From Nitrospirota bacterium (lineage in GTDB: Bacteria; Nitrospirota; UBA9217), in the NCBI GenBank assembly GCA_963737155.1, contig CAVTRN010000002.1:1568001-1632000 (forward strand): 64,000 nt of DNA, written 5' to 3'. Positions 55,462 to 64,000 of the stretch are shown here, piece after piece. The notes beneath the pieces were generated by a model, which made no database searches, was not told the origin of the DNA, and was given only the letters and a program-made list of their open reading frames with translations. Position numbers and translations under genes: made by a program. Each line of letters begins with the position of its first letter. Positions within the stretch are counted from its first letter, which is position 1.

Positions 55462-57390
55462 ATGGACGCCATAAAAGACATGGGAAAACAGCTTAAAAGC
55501 CCACAAGGCCGGCTAATTTTAGCAATCATACTTTTTAGCGTGGCCTTTTACGTTTGGCAGCAATATACGATTCCTTCCGGTCCTGAGCGATTCACGATCT
55601 CCTACAGCCAATTTATGGATCAGCTTAACGTTGCAAATATAAAATCTGTATCCATCCAGAAACTGCAGGTGAATGGCGAATTCATAAAGAAAACGGATCT
55701 CACCCCCACCGGCTTGACAAAACCTGTTGCGGTTCAGGAATTCGTGACTTACCTCCCGACCTTCCAGGGGCAAGACCTTTTGAAACAGCTAAGCGCGAAA
55801 AACGTTGCTATTAACATAGAACCACCGGAGGAGGGTTCGCCGATATGGGGTTTCGTACTGGGCATATTGCCTTGGGCTCTCATACTGGGGTTTTGGTTTT
55901 TCATGATGCGGCGCGCGCAGCAGATCCAGGGCGGAGCCGGCGGGCTTTTTACGTTTGGCCAGAGCAAAGCCAAACTTTATGACATCAAGCGTCCAAAAGT
56001 GACGTTTGAGGATGTTGCAGGGTTGGCCAATGTCAAGCAAGAGCTCAGGGAATCGATTGATTATCTGAAAGACCCGTCGAAGTATATAAAGATAGGCGCC
56101 AAGGTCCCCAAGGGCGTTTTGCTTATTGGTCCTCCGGGCACTGGGAAAACTCTTCTTGCCAGAGCCTCGGCGGGCGAAGCAGGGGTCCCGTTTTACAGCA
56201 TCAGTGCCTCGGAGTTTATCGAGATGTTTGTAGGCGTCGGCGCTTCCCGGGTCCGGGATATGTTTAAAAAAGCCCGCGATACCCATCCGAGCATCATTTT
56301 CATCGACGAAATTGATTCCGTCGGACGCACGCGGGGTGCAGGGTTTGGGGGAGGACATGATGAGCGTGAGCAGACGTTAAACCAGCTTCTGAGTGAAATG
56401 GATGGGTTCAACCCGCACGAGGAGGTCATCGTCATGGCTGCGACAAACAGGCCTGACGTTCTGGACCCCGCGCTTCTGAGGCCTGGCAGGTTCGACAAAC
56501 ATATTGTGGTAGACCGTCCGGGATGGAAAGAGCGCAAAGCCATTCTCGAAGTCCACGTGAAGGGCAAGGTCCTTGACGCCGACGTCAACCTCGATACCAT
56601 TGCCCGCGGAACGCCGGGCATGACCGGCGCGGATCTTGAGAACCTTGCGAACGAGGCGGCGCTCGTAGCGCTTAGGAAAAACGAAAGCATGATTCATATG
56701 AGAAACTTCGAGGAGGCTCGGGACAAAATTCTCATGGGCAGCGTGCGCGAGGAGACGATTACCGATGAGGAAAAGAAGATCACCGCATATCATGAAGCGG
56801 GGCACGCGCTCGTTGCTAGGAAATTGCCGGGTACGGACCCGATCTATAAGGTAAGCGTTATCCCAAGGGGCATGGCCATGGGCGTCACCCAACTCCTGCC
56901 GGAAGAGGATCGGCACTATTATCCCCGTACGTATTTAATGAACAAGCTGAGTGTCGCGCTCGGCGGCAGATGCGCCGAGAAGATTGTATTCAACGACGTG
57001 AGCAGTGGGGCCCAGAGCGATTTGAAGGAAGCAACATCGCTTGCAGAAAAGATGGTGGCCCAATGGGGCATGAGCGATAAAGTTGGACCAATGAACCTTG
57101 GCAGAGGGGAAGAGCACCCCTTCCTAGGACGGGAACTTGCGCAACCTAAGCGCTACAGCGATGAAATGGCCTGGATCATGGACCAGGAAATTCAGCGGCT
57201 GATTCACGAAGCCGAAAATAAGGCGATGGATATCCTCATGAAGAACAGGAATGTCCTCGAACCCCTTGCATTGGCACTCATGAAAGAAGAGGTCCTCGAC
57301 AGAACGGAAATCGAAAACATTATAAAGGAAACGCAGGAAAAGTCTGCTTCGGGAAAACCGGGGTCTGACCTGCTGATCGGTTCAAGCTAA
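55462..57390 (+). CDS. ftsH: ATP-dependent zinc metalloprotease FtsH
   Basis: Two TM segments, [40 protein letters not shown]. Confidence 0.96.
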   Translation: MDAIKDMGKQLKSPQGRLILAIILFSVAFYVWQQYTIPSGPERFTISYSQFMDQLNVANIKSVSIQKLQVNGEFIKKTDLTPTGLTKPVAVQEFVTYLPTFQGQDLLKQLSAKNVAINIEPPEEGSPIWGFVLGILPWALILGFWFFMMRRAQQIQGGAGGLFTFGQSKAKLYDIKRPKVTFEDVAGLANVKQELRESIDYLKDPSKYIKIGAKVPKGVLLIGPPGTGKTLLARASAGEAGVPFYSISASEFIEMFVGVGASRVRDMFKKARDTHPSIIFIDEIDSVGRTRGAGFGGGHDEREQTLNQLLSEMDGFNPHEEVIVMAATNRPDVLDPALLRPGRFDKHIVVDRPGWKERKAILEVHVKGKVLDADVNLDTIARGTPGMTGADLENLANEAALVALRKNESMIHMRNFEEARDKILMGSVREETITDEEKKITAYHEAGHALVARKLPGTDPIYKVSVIPRGMAMGVTQLLPEEDRHYYPRTYLMNKLSVALGGRCAEKIVFNDVSSGAQSDLKEATSLAEKMVAQWGMSDKVGPMNLGRGEEHPFLGRELAQPKRYSDEMAWIMDQEIQRLIHEAENKAMDILMKNRNVLEPLALALMKEEVLDRTEIENIIKETQEKSASGKPGSDLLIGSS

Positions 57391-57769
57391 CAGAAGTTCT
57401 GGCGTGGTTGCATACATTCAACGGATTGGGAGCGTTCAAAACACCCTGCTCACGAAATAAACAGAAACCTTTATTCCTCAGTGATAAATTGTCTGGATAG
57501 AAAAGCTCATGGGAATTAACTAGCTCAACCGAGACCTGGGTTTCACCAATTCAGAAACTATCCAAAAAAAACACTTAGAATTTAATATTTACAACTGGAA
57601 GAAGGGATGCGGATCAAGATGAGTTGGATAGAATCAAACTCTCAAAACAATATCGACCAGGCATGCTATCCGTGATTACCAGGCAGAAAAAAAAGGGTAT
57701 TCGTAACGTAGTGTGGATTCCCTCTGGTTTAATGCCCTGTGCACATCGTGGCAAAATCGTAAAATAGTG

Positions 57770-57798
57770 TTGAAATTCACAAATTGACAATGTATACT
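57770..57798 (+). promoter_or_regulatory. sigma70-type promoter inside the ISL3 left end
   Basis: TTGAAA-N17-TATACT, 30 nt upstream of the MNT start. Confidence 0.55.
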
Positions 57799-57827
57799 CA
57801 AATCGTAATCTAGTGTGGGAGGCACTT

Positions 57828-58133
57828 ATGTTAAAAACTAATATTCAAATCCCGATGATAAAAATCGAAGAGTTCTGCCTCAAATGGAAAATCAAGGAAT
57901 TTTCTTTGTTCGGTTCGGTACTCACGGAAGATTTTCGTCCCGACAGCGACGTGGATGTGCTGGTGACGTTCGAGCGGGGTGGCAGTATTACGTTTGACAA
58001 TCGCGTGGACATGCTGGACGAGCTGAAGGCAATATTTGGAAGAGAAGTTGACCTTGTCGAGAAAAAGGCCATCAGCAATCCTTTCCGCAGGCACTCGATC
58101 CTCACGACAAAGGAGGTCCTGTATGCGGCCTAA
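57828..58133 (+). CDS. minimal nucleotidyltransferase (MntA-like antitoxin)
   Basis: LFGSVLTEDFRPDSDVDVLV (GSX10DXD), FGREVDLV; RBS GGAGG. Confidence 0.9.
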   Translation: MLKTNIQIPMIKIEEFCLKWKIKEFSLFGSVLTEDFRPDSDVDVLVTFERGGSITFDNRVDMLDELKAIFGREVDLVEKKAISNPFRRHSILTTKEVLYAA

Positions 58134-58485
58134 TGAACGGGATGCCGCATATCTCCTGGACATGCTTCAGGCAGCAGAGAAGGTCCGCCGTTTTGTTAAC
58201 GGGATAAAACAGGAGGAGTTTGCTGAAAACGGGGTGCTACGTGATGCCATCGAACGCAATATCGAGATCATCGGAGAGGCCGCTCGCAAAGTGACGGAGG
58301 CGTTTAAAAAGCATCATCCTGAAATTCCTTGGCGCAAGATAATTGCCCAGCGCAACGTGCTAGTTCACGAGTACGATAAGATTGGTGTGGATGAAATGTG
58401 GAGTGTGGTGACGTTTCATGTACCAAACCTGATAGAGAATCTTGCGCCGTTGATACCTCCCACGCCGCCGGAGGTCGAATCCTAA
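58123..58485 (+). CDS. HEPN/DUF86 RNase toxin (HepT-like)
   Basis: YLLDML, IEIIGEAA, PEIPW, RNVLVHEY (RX4HXY). Confidence 0.9.
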   Translation: MRPNERDAAYLLDMLQAAEKVRRFVNGIKQEEFAENGVLRDAIERNIEIIGEAARKVTEAFKKHHPEIPWRKIIAQRNVLVHEYDKIGVDEMWSVVTFHVPNLIENLAPLIPPTPPEVES

Positions 58486-59795
58486 TGCCTATCAATATTC
58501 TCAATCTAAACGCCTATGAGATCATAAATTTCAAAGAAACAGAGCATGATTATCATATATATGCGAGGACCAAGGTACCGTCAACCATATGCCCTCACTG
58601 CGGATCAAATAATGTCGTAGGGCATGGGTCCGATGACATCACTGTAAAAGATATGACGATACATGGCAAGCGAGTAGGCGTGTATATCGGCGTACGTAGG
58701 TATAAATGCCGGGGCTGCGGTAAAACCTTTACTGAAGCACTGCCTCATATAAATAGCAAAAGACTAATGACAGATCGACTTGTTCAATATGTCGGCGGCC
58801 AGGCACTTAGCCGTACTTTCACAAGCATAGCAGATGAGATTGGAGTCGCAGAAGGTACTATACGGAACATTTTTCGTGACTATGTGAACGAACTTGAAAA
58901 AACAGTCCGATTCGAGATACCACAGTGGATGGGTATCGATGAGATTCATATTATTAAGAAACCCAGAGCTGTCATCAGCAATATCGAGAACAACACAATC
59001 GTAAATATCTTACCTGATCGGAATAAAAAGACTGTCATCAAATATCTAAACGGTCTTGATGGTAAAGATCGTGTTCGATATGTCGCAATGGATATGTGGA
59101 AGCCCTATCGAGATGCTGTCAATACAGTATTCCCAGACGCTACCATAGTCATAGACAAGTTTCATGTTGTCAGAATGGCAAACGAGGCGGTTGAAAAAGT
59201 GCGTAAATCAATTCGGCAATCTCTCACGTCAGCCCAACGTCGAACACTCATGCACGATCGATTCGTCTTGTTGAAGAGACAAAAAGACTTGTCTGCAAAA
59301 GAAATACTTATACTAGCGACATGGTTCGCCAATTATCAGGATATTAAAGAGGTTTACGAGGTTAAAGAGCAATTCTTCAATATATGGGATGCAAAAGACA
59401 AAAACGAAGCGCTTGGCTTATATAACGGATGGCAGCAGAGCATACCTCAAAATCTTCTCGAAGCCTACCATCCATTAATTACTGCAACAGAAAACTGGCA
59501 GGAGGAAATTTTTGCGTACTTTGATCATAAAATCACGAACGCTTATACCGAGTCTCTCAACAATTTAATAAGGGTCATGAATCGATTGGGCCGTGGTTAT
59601 TCCTTTGACGCCCTTAGAGCAAAAATTCTCTTCACAGAATCTATGCACAAGATTAAAAGATCTGCGTTTAAAAAATGGCCAGCAGATAACTTAATGTGTT
59701 TCCGGACGGAATCCACATTGGACAATCAGCCGGAAATTAATTACGGGGTGGATATATCCACACTAACAGAACTGATTGAGTCCGGAGCCTTTTGA
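58485..59795 (+). CDS. ISL3-family transposase
   Basis: CPHCG...RYKCRGC zinc finger, MGIDE, VAMDMWKPY, IDKFHVV, TNAYTESLN; TAATG coupling to the HEPN stop. Confidence 0.93.
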   Translation: MPINILNLNAYEIINFKETEHDYHIYARTKVPSTICPHCGSNNVVGHGSDDITVKDMTIHGKRVGVYIGVRRYKCRGCGKTFTEALPHINSKRLMTDRLVQYVGGQALSRTFTSIADEIGVAEGTIRNIFRDYVNELEKTVRFEIPQWMGIDEIHIIKKPRAVISNIENNTIVNILPDRNKKTVIKYLNGLDGKDRVRYVAMDMWKPYRDAVNTVFPDATIVIDKFHVVRMANEAVEKVRKSIRQSLTSAQRRTLMHDRFVLLKRQKDLSAKEILILATWFANYQDIKEVYEVKEQFFNIWDAKDKNEALGLYNGWQQSIPQNLLEAYHPLITATENWQEEIFAYFDHKITNAYTESLNNLIRVMNRLGRGYSFDALRAKILFTESMHKIKRSAFKKWPADNLMCFRTESTLDNQPEINYGVDISTLTELIESGAF

Positions 59796-60062
59796 CCTCC
59801 CACCCACACCAAATTACGAATACCCAAAAAAAATAGGACACAGCAATGATTCACCGGAAATTGTGGGTCTACTCTCTTTAAATACAGAACAATTAAAGAT
59901 AGATAATTTAATAAACATCCACAGCTGCATTGGAGAAAGGCTAACAATTATTGACTATACAAAGGAGGGATTACTTGCTTTTGACTTTATTCTACAATGT
60001 GGAAGCCCATGCTGAAACCGGAAAAACGGTTTTTCACGGGTACATCGGCTGCTTTATGACGC

Positions 60063-60275
60063 TTATTTTAAGGCCTTATCACTATGTCTTCGCTCTATAT
60101 TTTTTGGTTTTGGAGGAGAGTCTGTTGCCATTGATCGCATAGGATCAATCCCCACACGTATCCATTTGCCACGCCGTCGAAAGGCTGCGAAAGGGTAAGT
60201 CGCTACAAGTTCATCAAAACGAGCAGCCTCTATAAAACCATGACTTTGGTTTTCGAAAATGACATGGATTAACAT
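60063..60275 (-). CDS. small GSU3473-like protein
   Basis: MLIHVIF...FRRRGKWIRVGIDPMR...ERR; RBS AAGGAGG. Confidence 0.65.
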   Translation of the reverse strand: MLIHVIFENQSHGFIEAARFDELVATYPFAAFRRRGKWIRVGIDPMRSMATDSPPKPKNIERRHSDKALK

Positions 60276-60974
60276 AGAAAGCCCTCCTTTTTTAGAAAAA
60301 TAAAATCCTTCAAGGCCAAATGTGAATATTAACACAAAACATCTTTCATACTAAATACGTAGGCGGTACGATATCACTTATAAATATAAGTATAATAACA
60401 TCTCTGCTTTTTGTCAAACCCGGCACCGGAAATCGTGCTCGACGCTCATCAGCAGAATCTGTGGTTGAAAAAAACATTTAAGGAAAAGTCTTGTATTTCG
60501 GGCATAGCCATTATGCTGATTAAAAGTTGTATTACGCCACGTTTGCCATGGCAATCTACATTTCACCGTCGCATACAATTTAGATGACAAACCTGACGGT
60601 GACATAGATCACACAATTCTACAGTGATGAGATCTGGTAGCCGTCCGAAATAATAAACAAATACTGATTCGTTATTTAAAAAAACATCCACGGAATTTGC
60701 CGAGGAGTCCAAGGTGTTTGACTCCCCTCAATCTACAACCTTCAAGCACCTCAACATGGTTTTAGATATAACGATCGAACATGACAGTATGATACAACTT
60801 TAGCTCCTTACCATGGATTAATAGTTCCAATTTAGATTCTGAATATAGTAAGTCGCCTATAAAGTAAAAAACCACCTGTCAACTTGAATGCGATATAGAA
60901 TCTTATTTTCCCAAAGATTTGAAAGTCTTCATTTCGTTCAGCACGCAGCTTTGAAATCGCTTTTCAACAGTCTG

Positions 60975-61373
60975 CTATATCCCATTAGACTTCAAAACAG
61001 CAATTCCTGCAGTTAGTAGTGCAAGCCAGAGGATAAAATCGAATATCATTGCCTCTGAGTCGAGCCTGTTATTTTGACTGACCACGGCCTGCCGCAGCGG
61101 AGCCGATGACCTGACTGTAAGGATTGTGGACGCTGTAAAAATACCTCCGAATATGATCAGCAGCAGGATCGGCAGAAAGGACGATTTTTGTCCAGCCGCA
61201 AGGACTGGAATCAGCCACTCATCCACACCTAACGCTAGCACCACGAGCGCGACAAAAAAACCAATAAATGTCATGCCCTCCTTGTTCTGCGGGATATGCG
61301 CTGAAATAAGCGCAGTGAAAACCATAGAAATTGTGAGAGCAAACAGTAAATACAAAAGTATCATTAAACTCAC
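60975..61373 (-). CDS. hypothetical membrane protein (4 TM)
   Basis: 132-aa hydrophobic ORF downstream of the antiporter. Confidence 0.6.
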   Translation of the reverse strand: MSLMILLYLLFALTISMVFTALISAHIPQNKEGMTFIGFFVALVVLALGVDEWLIPVLAAGQKSSFLPILLLIIFGGIFTASTILTVRSSAPLRQAVVSQNNRLDSEAMIFDFILWLALLTAGIAVLKSNGI

Positions 61374-61535
61374 CTCGATTCAATAACTGGCAGGCTAACG
61401 TACCTTCATTCTGCCATTTCAAGAATCACGTTGACCATCCCTGTTTATATTTTAGCACTAGTTGTGCGCGTTATTTCGTTTGTCCTGAGTCAACAGATTA
61501 TAAAGAGAGAGTCTACATGCGAGAATATATATAAT

Positions 61536-63518
61536 TTACTGAACTTTTCGTGTCAAAAGTTTAACTGCCTCGTCCAGGTCGCGGTGCGCTCCGATGAGCA
61601 CCACAATGTCGCCGGGCTGGAGCATGATATTCGGTTCCGGGTTCGTAGTTGCTTCCCCGTCCCGAGCTATAGCGATAACCGTGGCCCCCGAAATTTTTCG
61701 AATGTCCAGATCGCGAAGAGTCTTCCCTACTGCAAGAGAGTCTGATTCAATCTGAATGTGGTCTACCGTTGCACCGGCAAGAAGAGTGGCTACATGGCCA
61801 AGATGCTCCTGGTCCAGCGAAAGTCCGCGCAGCATCTTGTAGCCGCCGAACCTAATGAGCTGGATCTGGTTTGCGATGATATTGCTTGGAACATGATACT
61901 CGTGCAGCACCCGTGAAAATATTTCGATGGACGTTTCAAACTCCTCAGGGATAACCTGGTTTGCGCCGAGACGTATTAGCTCATCCACTTCAGCGGCATA
62001 GCGGGTCCTGATCAGGATGAAGATCGCAGGGTTGAGTAGGCGCGCTAAGCGAATAGACATCCGTGTCGCTGCATGGTCCGAGATCGCAAAGACGATGACT
62101 TTGGCGCAGTCTACTCCCGCCCGCTTCAGCACGTCCTGTCGCGTGATATCGCCGTAGATGATAGGTTCTCCTTCCTCACGTGCTTTGCGAATTGTGTCCG
62201 CGTTGACTTCAAGAACCACATAGGGGATATGAGTCGCTCTGAGTGTTTTTGAGAGGTTTCTTCCATTCAGCCCGTATCCCGCAATAACCGTGTGGCCGTT
62301 AAGGCCGCAAATGTTGACGTCGTCCCGGTCATCGTCGGCCAGTCCAGTCCATCGTGTCGTGATCCATGGCGCGACCTGGATAAGGAAAGGAGACGCGAGC
62401 ATGCTCAGGATCGATGTATTGACAAACATTTGAAAAACATTCGCGTCTATCAGGCCCTGGTTATGGCCCTGCTGGGCGAGGAGAAAGGAAAATTCCCCGA
62501 TCTGTGCAAGGCCTAATCCCGCGAGCAGTGAGCTCCTAAGTGGATATCGCAGCAGTGCCGCTGTGGCGGCTACCAGCCCTGTTTTCATGACGATCAAGAG
62601 GAGTGCCATCGTGACGAGTATCAACCAGTGAACGCGGAAGTAGGCGGTGTGCAACAACATGCCGACAGAGATGAAAAAAATGCTGGCAAAATAATCCCGA
62701 AAAGGTGTGATCTCAGAGACAATGTGGTGGCTGTACTCCGATTCGGAAATGATGATTCCGGCGAGAAAAGCGCCGAGGGCCAGAGACAGACCTAGACTGT
62801 AGGTGACCCAGGCCGTGCCTAGACAGAGCAGCACCACGAGCAGAAAAAACATCTCACGGTTCCTGAGTCGGATGACCTGGTGAAGAAGGTACGGCACCAC
62901 CTCACGGGCAGCTAAATAAACGCCGATAAGCCCCAAGATGGCCTTCCCCAGAGAAATAAAAACCGAAAGGGGCGTAACGACGCCTGCTGCGCTCGCCTGG
63001 CTAAGCACCGGGAGCATGAGCATCATAGGTACGACGGCGATATCCTGGAACAGAAGGATACCGGTGCCCAGCTTGCCGTGGGCCGTATCAAGTTCGGAGC
63101 GATCTGAATACATCTTGAGCACAATGGCCGTGCTGCTCAACGATGCAAGGAATCCGAAGAAGATTGCCTGGGGCAAAGGATAACGTAGCGTTGTAGCTAT
63201 GCCGGCGACTACCGCGATCGTAAGCAACACCTGCGTCGTGCCTCCAATAAAAAACTGGCGGCTCGATTTCAGGATGTCCTCGATGGAAAACTCCAGTCCC
63301 ACGGCAAAAAGGAGCAAAACAACGCCGATGTCGGCAAGACGCTGGACAACCCGCATCTCGGTGATCACAGAAGCGCCGTAAGGCCCGATCAGCACACCTG
63401 TAATCAGGAATCCTACAAGGGCCGGCAATTTTGCCCGGTGAAATAGGTAGGTGATCGGAAGTGATACGGCAAGCAGAATGATCAGTTCGCGCAATACGGT
63501 GATTTCATGGTCCTGCAT
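61536..63518 (-). CDS. CPA2/Kef-type K+/H+ antiporter with TrkA-N and TrkA-C domains
   Basis: GVVLLLFAVGLE, LSSTAIV, ILLFQD, LAQIGEFSF, AGYGLNG, YGDIT, RCK-C tail. Confidence 0.92.
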   Translation of the reverse strand: MQDHEITVLRELIILLAVSLPITYLFHRAKLPALVGFLITGVLIGPYGASVITEMRVVQRLADIGVVLLLFAVGLEFSIEDILKSSRQFFIGGTTQVLLTIAVVAGIATTLRYPLPQAIFFGFLASLSSTAIVLKMYSDRSELDTAHGKLGTGILLFQDIAVVPMMLMLPVLSQASAAGVVTPLSVFISLGKAILGLIGVYLAAREVVPYLLHQVIRLRNREMFFLLVVLLCLGTAWVTYSLGLSLALGAFLAGIIISESEYSHHIVSEITPFRDYFASIFFISVGMLLHTAYFRVHWLILVTMALLLIVMKTGLVAATAALLRYPLRSSLLAGLGLAQIGEFSFLLAQQGHNQGLIDANVFQMFVNTSILSMLASPFLIQVAPWITTRWTGLADDDRDDVNICGLNGHTVIAGYGLNGRNLSKTLRATHIPYVVLEVNADTIRKAREEGEPIIYGDITRQDVLKRAGVDCAKVIVFAISDHAATRMSIRLARLLNPAIFILIRTRYAAEVDELIRLGANQVIPEEFETSIEIFSRVLHEYHVPSNIIANQIQLIRFGGYKMLRGLSLDQEHLGHVATLLAGATVDHIQIESDSLAVGKTLRDLDIRKISGATVIAIARDGEATTNPEPNIMLQPGDIVVLIGAHRDLDEAVKLLTRKVQ

Positions 63519-64000
63519 GGGTGATATGATACCATACTTTTGTTAACATGGCATTACCGAATCCGGGCAATCTGGAACCAAACATCGAAAAATCGCCGAT
63601 CGACGGCTGCTTTCCTTTATATTTATGCCAATACTGTGCTGCAAATGCCGTCGAAATATCCAAGGGATTAGCGAGTTATGCAGGTGAGAGGTATCGTAAA
63701 GAAATGGCATAAACATATCTAGTTCGACAAAGACGAAGGAATATCCCAATGTTTCTTTTCCATGAGGGTAAATTTTGCTTTCACTTCACGGATCAAGGCG
63801 GGAGACACGGTGGCCGATGTATGCGCGACGCTGGTGTGGTTGCTTCACTGCTCACAGCGCAGTTCCTTTTTATGATACATGTTTGGTTATGCGACGAAAG
63901 AAAGTTACAAGATGTTTATGAAGGCTGAATATCGTTAAGGCTGAAAAGGCAAAGTCTACCTCGCTTATTTATTCACAGAGAGGCGCTGGTACTAAAATGT

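Larger units (their letters stand above)
57695..59825 (+). mobile_element. complete ISL3-family element carrying an MNT/HEPN toxin-antitoxin pair
   Basis: IRL GGGTATTCGTAACGTAGTGTGG and IRR (reverse complement) GGGTATTCGTAATTTGGTGTGG; 8-bp A8 direct repeats at 57687-94 and 59826-33. Confidence 0.9.

Noticed and set aside
58398-58484. N-terminal extension of the ISL3 transposase in the ORF track
   Set aside because: It overlaps the HEPN gene; the ATG at 58485, with GGAGG upstream, is the better start.
60410-60450. c-di-GMP-I riboswitch-like GTCAAACC..GAAA..GACGC
   Set aside because: Poor pairing, no P3, and wrong orientation for the adjacent gene.
1-64000. CRISPR array or cas genes
   Set aside because: No regularly spaced repeat-spacer series seen; the direct repeats found occur only in pairs.

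Overview
A bacterial accessory-rich window. The host is probably an anaerobic Nitrospirota/Desulfobacterota-like organism, inferred from a GSU3473-like protein, iorAB-paaK and a tRNA-Sec fragment. Left part (1-21.4 kb): a decaying storage-carbohydrate/stress region with broken malQ, GH13, HAD, SulP and BON genes, but an intact cyclic beta-1,2-glucan synthase-galU pair and an intact CheB/CheR-PAS-GAF histidine kinase. Middle: paaK-iorA-iorB on the minus strand, a degenerate tRNA-fMet copy, and an ORF-less class IIC group II intron nested in a palindromic mini-element. These are followed by YtxH, a frameshifted ferritin, a CMD gene split by IS630, a dihaem cyt c-narGHJ-(fmdE)-narI operon and an intact gnd-tkt-zwf-tal-pgi-rpiB cluster with broken pgm and glgP. 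Right part: an AT-rich orphan gene between 42-bp direct repeats, a RelE/ParE TA pair between duplicated IS ends, the 5' half of tRNA-Sec with integrase-arm-like repeats, and ftsH. It also holds a complete ISL3 element carrying an MNT/HEPN toxin-antitoxin pair coupled to its transposase, and a Kef-type K+ antiporter. All family calls come from motif recognition by eye; no database searches were run.
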